Positions 15,918 to 25,560 are shown, numbered from the stretch's first letter. The stretch: 51,186 nt of DNA from a virus (IMGVR_UViG_3300002461_000224:1-51186); one strand, 5' to 3'. Notes: generated from the letters alone by a model not told the origin. Translations and numbers: made by a program.

Positions 15918-16157
15918 ATGGTGACGGCAATCAAGTGCCTTGCGATCTTCTGGGCGCTCTCGCTGTTCCTGGCGCTCATCATGGGGCCGGCGCTCCGGTA
16001 CGCCCGTCTTTCCGAGATCGCAATGCGGCAGCGGCTTCGCCGAGCGCCCGCGCCCGCTCCAGCAGCTCCGTCGGATAGACCTTCCAATCTGATTCCATTT
16101 CCCCGCGTGCCTTCGCGATCATCTCGTCGGCCAACCGTTCGAGTGTGGACGCCATGA
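15918..16157 (+). CDS. Small single-TM protein
   Basis: GGAGG RBS; hydrophobic N-terminus; overlaps an antisense ORF. Confidence 0.45.
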   Translation: MVTAIKCLAIFWALSLFLALIMGPALRYARLSEIAMRQRLRRAPAPAPAAPSDRPSNLIPFPRVPSRSSRRPTVRVWTP

Positions 16158-16272
16158 GCGAAGCCGGGATGGCATTTGCTGACGTTAGGACAGCCACCAG
16201 TGCGTCGAAGCTGTCGTCGGCGATCATCTGCCGCGTGCCTGCGAGCGCGGCCTGTCGTGATTCCCTGTTCAT
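15979..16272 (-). CDS. Antisense helical hypothetical protein, 97 aa
   Basis: GGGGA RBS before ATG 16272; amphipathic helices. Confidence 0.5.
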   Translation of the reverse strand: MNRESRQAALAGTRQMIADDSFDALVAVLTSANAIPASLMASTLERLADEMIAKARGEMESDWKVYPTELLERARALGEAAAALRSRKDGRTGAPAP

Positions 16273-16301
16273 CGTATCCCCGTCTGCGTAAGGAGTTTCC
16301 A

Positions 16302-17051
16302 ATGACGAGAATGTTGCCGATGGACGGCAAGCTGGCAAACGACCGCCTTTCGGATTCGTGCACCAAGGATGCACAGTTTGTGCACCTGAATTTGGTGATC
16401 GCGAAGTGCGCCAAGGCGGTTTTCACTAAGCCGTGCCAAGCGTTGTGCGCCCTGTTTGATGTGAAGGAGCGCGACGCCAAATATCGCCTCTCGGGTCAGC
16501 GGAAATTCAGCGGCGCCGAGCTGGCCGAGCTGATCCGCACCGAGGAGGGCTTCCAATTCATCGCGGCGATCATGGCCGGTGCACCCAAGAAGCCGCAGTG
16601 GTGGCGCATCTGCGCCCCGACGATGGAAGCCGCCGACATCCGCACCATGGTTTCGCGCAACTCCTGCATCGGCAAGGCCCACCGCCTCGGGCTTGGCGGG
16701 CGCAAGGTAGGCCGCAAGCCCGGGTCCACGTCGAAGGTCGGAGGGCGCACCGGCATCGGCGCGGTCGTCCAGAAGATCAACGCTACCCGGAAGAGTCCGT
16801 TCCGGCCGGGGCCGAAGGTGAAGCCGACGCCGTTCGTATGCGCTCCGGTGGTCAACCTGGAGCCGCTGAATATCTCGATCTATGAGCTGACCGAGATCAG
16901 TTGCCGCTACCCGTTCGGGGATTTGCCGCCATTCACGTTCTGCGGCCTGACCAACGACGGCGGCCCGTATTGCGCCAAGCACCGGCAAATCTGTAGCGAC
17001 GGCATCCCCACCCGCCGCGGGCGTCCTCATTCAACGAGGGAGGCCGCGTAA
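16302..17051 (+). CDS. gcrA: CII-like N-terminus fused to GcrA-like cell-cycle regulator
   Basis: VSRNSCIGKAHRLGL and ELTEISCRYPFGD...FCG...PYCAKH are GcrA motifs; AAGGAG RBS. Confidence 0.8.
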   Translation: MTRMLPMDGKLANDRLSDSCTKDAQFVHLNLVIAKCAKAVFTKPCQALCALFDVKERDAKYRLSGQRKFSGAELAELIRTEEGFQFIAAIMAGAPKKPQWWRICAPTMEAADIRTMVSRNSCIGKAHRLGLGGRKVGRKPGSTSKVGGRTGIGAVVQKINATRKSPFRPGPKVKPTPFVCAPVVNLEPLNISIYELTEISCRYPFGDLPPFTFCGLTNDGGPYCAKHRQICSDGIPTRRGRPHSTREAA

Positions 17052-17305
17052 TGTTCGACGTCGGGATGCAAATCCTCTGTGTTGACGACCGCCCGGCAGA
17101 AAACCCGTGGCACCGCCATCACCCGCTCAAGAAGGGCCGCATCTACACGGTGCACGAGACGGTCGGCAGCTACATCGGGATCGATGCCTCGCGCCGGCTC
17201 TGGGAGGAGAACAGGTTTCAGCCGCTGGGCAAGCGCGAGACCTCCATTTCCTTCGCCCACAAAATTCTCAGGAAGGCCAACCGCAAGCGGAGTGTCGACG
17301 CATGA
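17051..17305 (+). CDS. Hypothetical protein, 84 aa
   Basis: Coupled; FDVG..ILCVDD...GRIYTV...RFQPL. Confidence 0.7.
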   Translation: MFDVGMQILCVDDRPAENPWHRHHPLKKGRIYTVHETVGSYIGIDASRRLWEENRFQPLGKRETSISFAHKILRKANRKRSVDA

Positions 17306-17694
17306 CGGAAGAGGAAATCCAGCGCGCGGTCGAAATGATGCGGACGGGCTACGGGCTGGCCCGGATCGCTCTTGAACTGAACAAAAACAAGAGAATCGTC
17401 CAGCACCACATTCGCCAGCGCACCATGAGCAAGGAAGAGCGCGCGATCTACAACGCAAAGCGCGCCGACGCCGACAGGGAGCGGAGAGCCGCGCGCGGCG
17501 GCAGGAAGCCCTTCGTTGCCAATGACGGCATCGGGACCGCCGGGAATGTCGGGTCCGTGAAGCCGAGCCAGGAATTGCTTGCCGACCGGGACCGCAGGCG
17601 CTCGCGTCCCTTCACGATAGCCAACGACATCCTGGGCGACCCCGAGCCGGGCAGGTCCGCTCTCGACCAGCGCATGAACGGAGCAATGGCATGA
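17302..17694 (+). CDS. HTH-containing hypothetical protein
   Basis: GYGLARIALELNK; GDPEPGRSAL motif. Confidence 0.65.
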   Translation: MTEEEIQRAVEMMRTGYGLARIALELNKNKRIVQHHIRQRTMSKEERAIYNAKRADADRERRAARGGRKPFVANDGIGTAGNVGSVKPSQELLADRDRRRSRPFTIANDILGDPEPGRSALDQRMNGAMA

Positions 17695-18212
17695 AAACGG
17701 GAGAAAAGTTGGTCGGGGAAGAATGGCGTGCCGTTGTCGGCTTTGAGGGCCGGTACGAAGTCTCATCCTTTGGTCGCGTCCGCGGCATTGGTAGTCATGG
17801 AGGTGGGATCAAGAAATCCCATGCGTCGAACGACGGCTACTACCAGCAGGTTTGCCTCTACGTCGCGACAAAAAAGACCAAGAGTGTTTGCGTTCACGCA
17901 TTGGTGGCGGAAGCGTTCATTGGGCCGCTTCCCCCGGGGCAGCTTTGCTGTCATCGGGACGGTGACGGCTGGCATAACCATCTCTCAAACCTTCGGTATG
18001 GCACGCCGAAATCAAATGGCGAGGACATGGTGAGGCACGGGAATAGCCTCCTAGGCTCGCGCAACCACCAAGCCAAATTGGACGAAACAATCGTCGCCGA
18101 GATCAAGACAAGGCGAGGTGTCCGATATCGGGACCTTGCTCAGGAGTACGGGGTTTCGTTCGCGACTATTCAGAAAATCATGAGCGGGGAGGGATGGAAG
18201 CATGTCGCATAA
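17691..18212 (+). CDS. NUMOD4-HNH homing endonuclease
   Basis: EEWRAVVGFEGRYEVSSFGRVR; HRDG...NHLSNL. Confidence 0.9.
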   Translation: MKTGEKLVGEEWRAVVGFEGRYEVSSFGRVRGIGSHGGGIKKSHASNDGYYQQVCLYVATKKTKSVCVHALVAEAFIGPLPPGQLCCHRDGDGWHNHLSNLRYGTPKSNGEDMVRHGNSLLGSRNHQAKLDETIVAEIKTRRGVRYRDLAQEYGVSFATIQKIMSGEGWKHVA

Positions 18213-18486
18213 ACCCTTCAAGTTCTCGCCGAGCAAAGAGCCGCTTCAGGTGACGGAGCACGCGGTTTGCAGGTACCTGGAGCGCGCGTACGGATTCAAC
18301 CTCGATGCCATACGCGAGCACATCATCGGCATTTGCGCGGCCCCCGCCGCGTTCGGTGCCGTCTGTGTCCGCGCCGAGGGCCTGCGGTTCGAGATCGCCG
18401 ACAACAAGGTGGTCACGGTCGCGCCCGATGGCGCAGCCCCAAACCGCACCGGACAGAAACTTGCAATGGAACGGGTTCGCGCATGA
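18202..18486 (+). CDS. Hypothetical protein
   Basis: VTEHAVCRYLER...VVTV. Confidence 0.7.
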   Translation: MSHKPFKFSPSKEPLQVTEHAVCRYLERAYGFNLDAIREHIIGICAAPAAFGAVCVRAEGLRFEIADNKVVTVAPDGAAPNRTGQKLAMERVRA

Positions 18487-18821
18487 TCGGCCTCACCGCC
18501 CGCCAGCAGGAATGCCTGGACTTCCTCCGCTCCTATCACGCGGAGAAGGGGATCATGCCGAGCATGGATGAAATCGCGGGCCGCTTCGGCGTCGCCAAGT
18601 CCAACATCTCCAGAATATTCGACCGTCTCGAGGAGCGCGGCCACATCCGCCGCACATACAAGAAAGCCCGGTCAATCGAGTTGATCGACCCGGCGGCCAT
18701 GCAGGCGGTACTCCTATCCAAGGAGGTCTTCCTCCTCGCTCGGGCCTATGCCGCAAGCCAGCGCATCACCATCGATACGGCAGTCTCCGAAATCGTCCGG
18801 GAGGCTCTGGGCGCGGCATGA
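18483..18821 (+). CDS. LexA DNA-binding-domain protein without peptidase domain
   Basis: LTARQQECLDFL...PSMDEI...LEERGHIRR..KARSIEL. Confidence 0.85.
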   Translation: MIGLTARQQECLDFLRSYHAEKGIMPSMDEIAGRFGVAKSNISRIFDRLEERGHIRRTYKKARSIELIDPAAMQAVLLSKEVFLLARAYAASQRITIDTAVSEIVREALGAA

Positions 18822-19537
18822 CGCAGAACACATCCAGCGCCGTGATGCAGCAGCGGAGCGAGCCGCACGATTCGCTCGACGATTTTCCGACGCCGCCGTG
18901 GGCGACACGCGCATTGATCGAGCATGTGATCGAACCCGGGCTCGACCTGACGACGTTAAAAATCCTAATGTCCCAGTCGAGTGTGTGGGAGCCGTGCTCC
19001 AACCGCGGCTACATGGCGAGGACGCTCAAAGAATACACACGCCGCGTCTTCACCAGCGACATCTTCGATTATAGCGAAGACCCGGCGACCGTTCATTGTC
19101 AGGATAGGGTAGTCGATTTTCTCTTTCCATTTTCCGAGAGCCCGGTCATCGAGACACACGGTGTGGACTGGGTCATTACAAATCCTCCATTTCGGCTTGC
19201 CGACCAGATCATCAAGCGAGGCCTAGACATTGCGCGCGAAGGCGTTGCCGTGTTGGTGCGGTCAGCCTTTGAGGAGGGCGTTGGCCGCTACGAGCAATTG
19301 TTTCGGGACAACCCACCGACATTGCTCGGCGTCTTCACCGAGCGCGTCATCATGCATAAGGGCGTGCTGCGTGACCCCAGCAAGGAATATTGGGACGAGC
19401 GCACGCGGGCGATGAAGCGGCCATCGACCGCGACATCTTACAAGTGGATGGTGTGGGTGAAGGGCATGCGTCCGCTCCCGCAGATTTGGATCCCTCCATG
19501 CAGGCACCAGCTTGAGCGCCCGGGAGATTACGAATGA
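18818..19537 (+). CDS. DNA adenine methyltransferase-like protein
   Basis: DDFPTPPW, WEPC, DWVITNPPF. Confidence 0.85.
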   Translation: MTQNTSSAVMQQRSEPHDSLDDFPTPPWATRALIEHVIEPGLDLTTLKILMSQSSVWEPCSNRGYMARTLKEYTRRVFTSDIFDYSEDPATVHCQDRVVDFLFPFSESPVIETHGVDWVITNPPFRLADQIIKRGLDIAREGVAVLVRSAFEEGVGRYEQLFRDNPPTLLGVFTERVIMHKGVLRDPSKEYWDERTRAMKRPSTATSYKWMVWVKGMRPLPQIWIPPCRHQLERPGDYE

Positions 19538-19755
19538 AAGCGCGCGCCCTGAAATTTGTCAGGTTCGAGCGCGTGGAGGACCACTTCAAGCTCGGCTGGG
19601 TCATGTCCTTCCCCAACTCCCCGATGCACCACCATCACTACGGCGTCGAGATGAAGTGGATCTGCGACTGCCCCGTGCCGGGAGGTTTCAAGTTCGATCG
19701 ATCCACCAAGCAACCACAAAGGAGCAACCATGGCAGAAGCCGCGAGACAGTCTGA
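19534..19755 (+). CDS. Hypothetical protein with His run
   Basis: Coupled; HHHHYG...WICDC. Confidence 0.6.
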   Translation: MKARALKFVRFERVEDHFKLGWVMSFPNSPMHHHHYGVEMKWICDCPVPGGFKFDRSTKQPQRSNHGRSRETV

Positions 19756-20254
19756 GACGCTACCGAACGAGCCGGGCGACGAGGCCATTGTGGCGGTCCA
19801 CCTGAGCAAGATCAGGATCGCCCAAGAGAACGCCGCCAGCCATCACGGGAGCCTGCGGAACATCCTCAAGAACGCGGAGGGGCGCGGCGTCCACCTCAAG
19901 GCTGCCAAGCGCGCCCTCTCCATCGTCAAGTCCGGCGACGCCGACGCATGGCTGGAGGAGACCCGGGAGACCACCCGCTATCTGAAGATCCTGCGCCACG
20001 GCATCCAGGAATCGCAACTGCAACTGTTCGAGTTCGAGCCCTCGCTCGCCCCGCTGGACGAGAAGGCCGGGCTGGACGGCCGCGCACACGGCCTCGACGG
20101 CGGCGAGGAGAGCGCCAACCCGCACGCGCTGAATACGCAGGCAGGGCAGGCGTGGCTCACGGCGTACCGGCAAGGGCTCGCGGAACGGGCGCTCGTATTG
20201 TCGATGGCCGACGATGAAGAGGAATCCGACGGCGACGACGAGAGCGAGGACTGA
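19730..20254 (+). CDS. GapR/DUF2312-like domain plus RMF-like domain, acidic tail
   Basis: LRNILKNAEGRGVHLKAAKRAL; DGRAHGLDG...NPH...AWLTAYRQG. Confidence 0.55.
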   Translation: MAEAARQSETLPNEPGDEAIVAVHLSKIRIAQENAASHHGSLRNILKNAEGRGVHLKAAKRALSIVKSGDADAWLEETRETTRYLKILRHGIQESQLQLFEFEPSLAPLDEKAGLDGRAHGLDGGEESANPHALNTQAGQAWLTAYRQGLAERALVLSMADDEEESDGDDESED

Positions 20255-20256
20255 CC

Positions 20257-20841
20257 ATGATCCTTTGCGGGCTGGACTCGGCATTGAGAAAATCAGGGGC
20301 CGCCATCATTGACGGCGACCGCTTCATCCATGCCGAGGCCTTCCACGCGAAGGGCGAGACGCAGGGAGAGGCGTTCCACCAGTTTCGCGTCTGGTGGCGC
20401 TCCTTCCTCGTCGCTCATGGGGTGGAGCGGGCCGCGCTTGAGGAGCCCCTTCGCTCCGATATGAGCCGGTCGGAAATGGTCTTCGTGAAAGGCCAGCCCA
20501 TCAAGAAGCAAATCCCCATGACCACAATGAAGACGCTGCTGGGCCTCTACGGCGTCCGCGCGCACGCAATCGAGGTGTGCTGCTCGCTGAATATCCCGGT
20601 GGTCGAGATCAACAACCAGGAATGGCGAGATTGCATCCACGGCCGGCGGAAAGCCCCCAAGGGCACGCAAGACTCGTCCGCATGGTGGAAGCAACAGGCG
20701 CTGGACCGATGCAAGCAACTCGGCTGGTCCGTGCCGTCCAAGGACGCGGCCGAAGCGGCGCTGATCTGCGAATGGCTGCGGATCAGCCTGACGCCGATGG
20801 GCGCGGCGAAGAATCCCGATCTATTCCGCGAGGTAGCATGA
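20257..20841 (+). CDS. RuvC-like Holliday junction resolvase
   Basis: ILCGLD, LEEP, DAAEAALI. Confidence 0.75.
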   Translation: MILCGLDSALRKSGAAIIDGDRFIHAEAFHAKGETQGEAFHQFRVWWRSFLVAHGVERAALEEPLRSDMSRSEMVFVKGQPIKKQIPMTTMKTLLGLYGVRAHAIEVCCSLNIPVVEINNQEWRDCIHGRRKAPKGTQDSSAWWKQQALDRCKQLGWSVPSKDAAEAALICEWLRISLTPMGAAKNPDLFREVA

Positions 20842-21902
20842 CCCGCATGCCCGACGACCGCTTCCAAGCATGGCGGGAAAAGGCGGAGGCCGTTGGCCTG
20901 CTCGCCGCCGCCCAGATGTTCGGCGCGAAGCTGAAGCGCGCCGGTGCGGAGTGGGTGGGGCCGTGCTGCTACTGCGGCGGCAATGACCGGCTGGGAATCC
21001 ACACGGGCAAAGGGAAATGGGTCTGCCGCGGGCATGGTGGAGGATCGACCGCCGTTGGTCTCGCTATGCACCTCGGCAACCTCGCTTTCAAAGAAGCGAT
21101 TGAGCAGTTGTCCGGCGAACCATGCCCCAGCGGCCCAGCGCGGCCCCTCAGCGACACAGAAAAAGCAGAGCGCAACAGACAGAGGCTCAAGATGGAAGCC
21201 AACCAGCGACAGCGGCAGGCTCAGGAAACGATACAGAACCAGGATACGCTGGAGTTCTGCGGGAAGATCATCGGCGAGTGCGTGCCGGTCGCGGGGACGC
21301 TGGCGGAGCGATACCTGCACCTGTTCGATTTGCCGACGCCGCCCGGCGGTTGGCCGGACTGCCTGATGTTCCATCCCTCGCTCAACTATCCCGGCAAGGG
21401 GAAGATGCCAGCGCTTGTGGCGCGCGTGGATGACGTCTCGGGGCAGATGACCGGGATATGGCGCGAGTTCATTCGGGCGGACGGGCGCAAAGCCGACCTT
21501 GAGTTCCAGAAGCTAGGGCTAGGCCCGGTCGCTGGCGGCGCGGTGCGGCTCGGCGGGATGGGCGAGCGCATTGGTTGTGCCGAGGGCGTCCGCACAGCGC
21601 TCGGGGCTTGGTCGCTGATCGGCTTCAAGTACCCGATTTGGTCCTGTCTCAGTACGGCGGGACTCATCGGCTTTGAAGTCCCGCTCGGGGTCGAGCGCAT
21701 GGTGATCTATCCCGACTCCGACAGGCCGATAAAGAAACAGGGCCATGAGTTCGTCGCCGCTGTACCGGCGGGCCGCAAGGCAGCGCAGGCCATGCGCTCG
21801 CGGCTCCTCGCGGAAGGCGTGTCCGTTGTAATCGCTGCGGAGCCTTCGATTGGGGCCGATTACCTTAACGTTTGGCAAGCGCACGCGCGGGAGGTGGCAT
21901 GA
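20838..21902 (+). CDS. Phage primase (Zn finger plus Toprim)
   Basis: GPCCYCGGNDR...WVCRG; AEGVRTAL; IYPDSD; DYLN. Confidence 0.85.
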   Translation: MTRMPDDRFQAWREKAEAVGLLAAAQMFGAKLKRAGAEWVGPCCYCGGNDRLGIHTGKGKWVCRGHGGGSTAVGLAMHLGNLAFKEAIEQLSGEPCPSGPARPLSDTEKAERNRQRLKMEANQRQRQAQETIQNQDTLEFCGKIIGECVPVAGTLAERYLHLFDLPTPPGGWPDCLMFHPSLNYPGKGKMPALVARVDDVSGQMTGIWREFIRADGRKADLEFQKLGLGPVAGGAVRLGGMGERIGCAEGVRTALGAWSLIGFKYPIWSCLSTAGLIGFEVPLGVERMVIYPDSDRPIKKQGHEFVAAVPAGRKAAQAMRSRLLAEGVSVVIAAEPSIGADYLNVWQAHAREVA

Positions 21903-22267
21903 CCGTCTATGTCGATGACGTTGAGCACCGCTTCGGCCGCATGGTTATGTGCCACCTCTGGGCGGATACAGAGGCCGAGTTGCTGGCCATGGTCGACCGC
22001 ATCGGCGTGCAGCGCAAATGGATTCAGGGCCACCAGACACTCTCACAGCCCCAGTTCCGCAAGGCTTCTTGGGTGCACTTCGACATCTCCTTGAGCAAGA
22101 AGGCACTCGCTATCGCCGCCGGCGCCGTCCTGACCGACAAATACGGTCCGGTCGAGCACGTCGCCAAACTCGACATCGCTACCGGGCACCCCGAATCCAT
22201 CGCCTACGGCCAGCGCAAGCTTGACCAAATTGCGCGTTGTCGCGCTCTTCCAAAGGCCGCCGAATGA
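21899..22267 (+). CDS. DUF4031 family protein
   Basis: MTVYVDD...MCHLWADT..EL...HFDI. Confidence 0.85.
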   Translation: MTVYVDDVEHRFGRMVMCHLWADTEAELLAMVDRIGVQRKWIQGHQTLSQPQFRKASWVHFDISLSKKALAIAAGAVLTDKYGPVEHVAKLDIATGHPESIAYGQRKLDQIARCRALPKAAE

Positions 22268-23607
22268 TCCACGACTCCACCGTAAACGAGAGAAACTTCG
22301 TAGGCTGTTTGCTCCGCTCGGCTCACGAATTTTGGGCAATCAACGACGTCGTGACGTCTGACATGTTCCAAATCGGGCACCACCGCCAGATATTCGAGGC
22401 CATCCGCGACCTATCCGAGCGCGGCAAGCAGGTAACCATCACGGCCCTGCAAGCCAACCTGCCGGAAGAGTTCGATGACATCGGCCCCGCCATTGGCGTC
22501 CTGATGGCCCTGAAGGAATCAGCAGCAGAAGCAGGGAGCGCCACGGATTACGCGCCGTTCCTCGCCGAGCGGTCGGCGCTCAAGAGGCTGGATGCGCTGT
22601 CGGAGTGGCTGCGGAAGGAAACACGGAAGAACGAACGGCCTGCAGAAGACGTGGCCGCAGAGGCTGGCGTCCGGCTCCAAGCCATCATGGCGGTATCGTC
22701 GCCGGTCAAACCCGTAAAGCTGTCAGAGGTTACCAAAGGCGTCGTCACGGCCTCGGGGAAGGCAAGGGATAGCGATAGGCTCCCAGGCTTCACCACGGGG
22801 CTCACAACGCTAGACGAGATGACGGGCCTTCTAATGGGCGGAGACTTCATTGCGATCATGGCATCGATCGGCGAGGGGAAGTCCGCGCTGATGGCGCAGA
22901 TCGGGAAGCACATTGCCAAAACCGGGCCGGTACTTTCGGCACATAACGAGATGTCGGCCGAGCAGAACGGGACGCGGGCGCTGTCCGGCGAGTCCGGCAT
23001 GACGGTTCGGGAGATCAGGGAAGGGGCCTACGACTTCACCGGCTATGAATCCGTCGTCGCCGCACAGAAGGAAATCGAAAAGCTCCAATACTATCTCTAC
23101 ACCAACCCCAAAATGACGGTTCGATCCATCAAGGTCCGCGCGCTCCAGATGCAGCGGACGGTCGGCCTATCGGCGATCACGGTCGATGGAGCAAAGCGGC
23201 TGCGCACCGACACCAAGCACCGCGATCCGTGGGAGCGCAAGGAAGAGATCACCGGCTCCCTCAAGGAACTCGCAATCGAATTGAACGTGCCGGTCATTGT
23301 CGCATTCCAGCGTACTCGCATGGGTCGACGCCGCGATGACGCTATCCCGCAGCTCGACGATGCTCAATTCCCTGCACTGGAGGAGGACGCCGATATCATC
23401 ATCGGCGCATGGCGCGAGGAATCATTCCTGATGATGAACAAGCCAAACGCCAAGGCCGGCGGCGAGGCATGGGAGGAATGGGAGCACAAGATACGCCGGG
23501 CCAAGGGTTCGGCCAAGATGATTGCTCTCAAGATCAGAAGCGGCACGCCGTTTGAGCAGCGCGAGTTTAAGTGGGTAGGAGCGCAGACTCGATTCGAGGA
23601 TTTGTGA
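22264..23607 (+). CDS. dnaB: DnaB-like replicative helicase
   Basis: N-terminal DnaB domain, GEGKS, EMS, LKELAIELNVPVI, LEEDAD. Confidence 0.9.
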   Translation: MIHDSTVNERNFVGCLLRSAHEFWAINDVVTSDMFQIGHHRQIFEAIRDLSERGKQVTITALQANLPEEFDDIGPAIGVLMALKESAAEAGSATDYAPFLAERSALKRLDALSEWLRKETRKNERPAEDVAAEAGVRLQAIMAVSSPVKPVKLSEVTKGVVTASGKARDSDRLPGFTTGLTTLDEMTGLLMGGDFIAIMASIGEGKSALMAQIGKHIAKTGPVLSAHNEMSAEQNGTRALSGESGMTVREIREGAYDFTGYESVVAAQKEIEKLQYYLYTNPKMTVRSIKVRALQMQRTVGLSAITVDGAKRLRTDTKHRDPWERKEEITGSLKELAIELNVPVIVAFQRTRMGRRRDDAIPQLDDAQFPALEEDADIIIGAWREESFLMMNKPNAKAGGEAWEEWEHKIRRAKGSAKMIALKIRSGTPFEQREFKWVGAQTRFEDL

Positions 23608-23608
23608 C

Positions 23609-24052
23609 ATGAGAGACGAGAATTTAACATCGAGCCGCCTCGGCGCGCACAACGAACTTATCGCGGCAGCTTGGCTGATGAAGCAAGGTTACGACGTGTT
23701 TCGGAATGTTGCCCCCGTCGGCCCTATCGACTTGGTTGGGGTCAAGGATGGGAAGGCCGAATACTTTGACGTGAAGGTGGCCTACCGGAACATAGACGAC
23801 AAAATTATTCATCCGAAGCTGACCGAAAAGCAGGATGAGATGGGGGTTAGGTGCATCGGCGTCTTTGACGATGGGTCATGCGAGATTGTTGTCCCATCGG
23901 ACGGTGCAAGCTTATGTGAGGAATGCAGCGGGACGCTATTTCAAGCGAAAAGGTGGGCGCGGAAAAGGTTCTGTTCCACTAGATGCGGCCAAGCCCATCG
24001 GCGCAAACTTGCTCGAACGGCCCCCGCCGAGGATGGACTGCCGCTCGTATGA
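23609..24052 (+). CDS. PD-(D/E)xK endonuclease with C-terminal Zn ribbon
   Basis: G..NEL...GYDVF...IDLV...DVK; CEEC...FCSTRC. Confidence 0.7.
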   Translation: MRDENLTSSRLGAHNELIAAAWLMKQGYDVFRNVAPVGPIDLVGVKDGKAEYFDVKVAYRNIDDKIIHPKLTEKQDEMGVRCIGVFDDGSCEIVVPSDGASLCEECSGTLFQAKRWARKRFCSTRCGQAHRRKLARTAPAEDGLPLV

Positions 24053-24465
24053 GTCCTGCCCTCGCCAACATCTGCGCCGAACTCGACATTCGGGTGATCG
24101 CTGCCAACGTCACCCGGACTCCGGGGACGACGAAATGCGAGTTGACCCTTGAACGCATTCTCCGCAAGCACGGCGAGGGCCACCTGATCCTGCTCCTCCG
24201 GACGATCATGGAGAGCGAGAACAACCGCATGGCGCTGGTGGAGCCTGTACTGTGGGCGCTTGCCGACGTCATGGCGGCCAATCCTAGATGGCCCGCCAGA
24301 GGGCTGGAATGGCTCGCTGCGTTCGATGAAATCGACCTGTGCGATATCTGGTCGGCCGCCAAGGAAGCCAATGGTGCGCCTCCTGAGAGGCATGGAGTGG
24401 CGTCCAAGCTGACCGAGATTCTTCAACGGAAATTTGGTGAAGGCAAAGAGGAGACTCTGCTGTGA
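24049..24465 (+). CDS. Hypothetical phage protein
   Basis: ATG 24049 coupled to upstream stop. Confidence 0.7.
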   Translation: MSPALANICAELDIRVIAANVTRTPGTTKCELTLERILRKHGEGHLILLLRTIMESENNRMALVEPVLWALADVMAANPRWPARGLEWLAAFDEIDLCDIWSAAKEANGAPPERHGVASKLTEILQRKFGEGKEETLL

Positions 24466-25151
24466 ACAATAGCCCCGAACTGATCCGCGCGAGGTTTGTT
24501 GAAGCCGCTCACACCGAGCGGTTTCTGCCCAATGCGAGGATGCCGAGCGCCAACGGGTACTGGCCCGAGTTCTTCTATGACGAGGAAGACAAGAAGGGCT
24601 GGGACGACGCGGCCCGCCTCGACAATGCCGAGCGATGGAAGGGCCGGGCATCCAGCGGCGCAATCTCGCGTCACCAGGAATGCATGGAGTGGTCGACCAC
24701 GCTCATCGCCGACGGCAAGCGCCGGCAGATCGTTTGGTCGTGGGCGTTCTGTCGGGCCAACGGATGGGACTTCGGGGCGCGATGCGTCAAGCGGGGATGG
24801 GCGCGGCCGACCGCTTATCGTCGCCTGAGCGCCGCCATGGATGCGATTTCGGACAAATTTGCTATGGAGGGCGTTGTGGTGCGGCTGCCCGACGAAAAGT
24901 ACCTGAGACAGGAAACCCCTGTTATGGCATCTGGGTCATGCACGATGGGGCGACGCGACAATGCCTCGGCCGCCATCAGATTTTCCCCAGGCTACCAAGT
25001 CGAGAAGTCCCGCGATCTGCTCACCACCCCCGAGGCGGTAGCGAACTTCATAGCGCATAGAGACGCGGTGAACGCGGAGCGGCGCAAGTTCCAAGAGCGT
25101 GAGGCAAAGCGGCGAGAGAAGCTTGGTCTGGCGGTCGCGGAGGCTGGATGA
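24462..25151 (+). CDS. DUF6362-like putative late-gene regulator (Q position)
   Basis: RFVEAAHTERFLP...WP; C-terminal HTH-like segment; position before late genes. Confidence 0.6.
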   Translation: MNNSPELIRARFVEAAHTERFLPNARMPSANGYWPEFFYDEEDKKGWDDAARLDNAERWKGRASSGAISRHQECMEWSTTLIADGKRRQIVWSWAFCRANGWDFGARCVKRGWARPTAYRRLSAAMDAISDKFAMEGVVVRLPDEKYLRQETPVMASGSCTMGRRDNASAAIRFSPGYQVEKSRDLLTTPEAVANFIAHRDAVNAERRKFQEREAKRREKLGLAVAEAG

Positions 25152-25309
25152 TGGGCGAGGTAATCCGGTTCAAGCGCAAGCGGCTTTCGGGATTTTTGCC
25201 CGAGGAGACCGTCGAGGAATACCGGACCTCGATCAAGGAACTGCTGGAAACGGCGGGGCAGGCCACCGACACGCCGCCCGAATACCCTGACAGCGGGGAC
25301 TGCGCGTGA
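25151..25309 (+). CDS. Small hypothetical protein
   Basis: MGEVIRFKRK; coupled on both sides. Confidence 0.45.
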   Translation: MGEVIRFKRKRLSGFLPEETVEEYRTSIKELLETAGQATDTPPEYPDSGDCA

Positions 25310-25560
25310 GCTACACCTACGACAAGCCGCTGGTGCTGCAGTCCGGGCCGCAGGAGCTGAAGATAGCGAAGGTCACGACGGGCACCGCGACTGTGGAATT
25401 GGCCGACGGCCGGCTCATCTTGATTACCATCATCGGTGTTGATGGAGCATGGGTGAACGCCTCAAATGCGGAAGCGGTAGACGTCAGGCCCGCCTTCACG
25501 GTCGAGATGATGACCAAGCCGGAGTTTCCCGTCGCGGACGGCCCGGGGACGATCCAGTAA
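25306..25560 (+). CDS. Hypothetical protein, 84 aa
   Basis: GGGGA RBS, GTG start. Confidence 0.55.
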   Translation: MSYTYDKPLVLQSGPQELKIAKVTTGTATVELADGRLILITIIGVDGAWVNASNAEAVDVRPAFTVEMMTKPEFPVADGPGTIQ

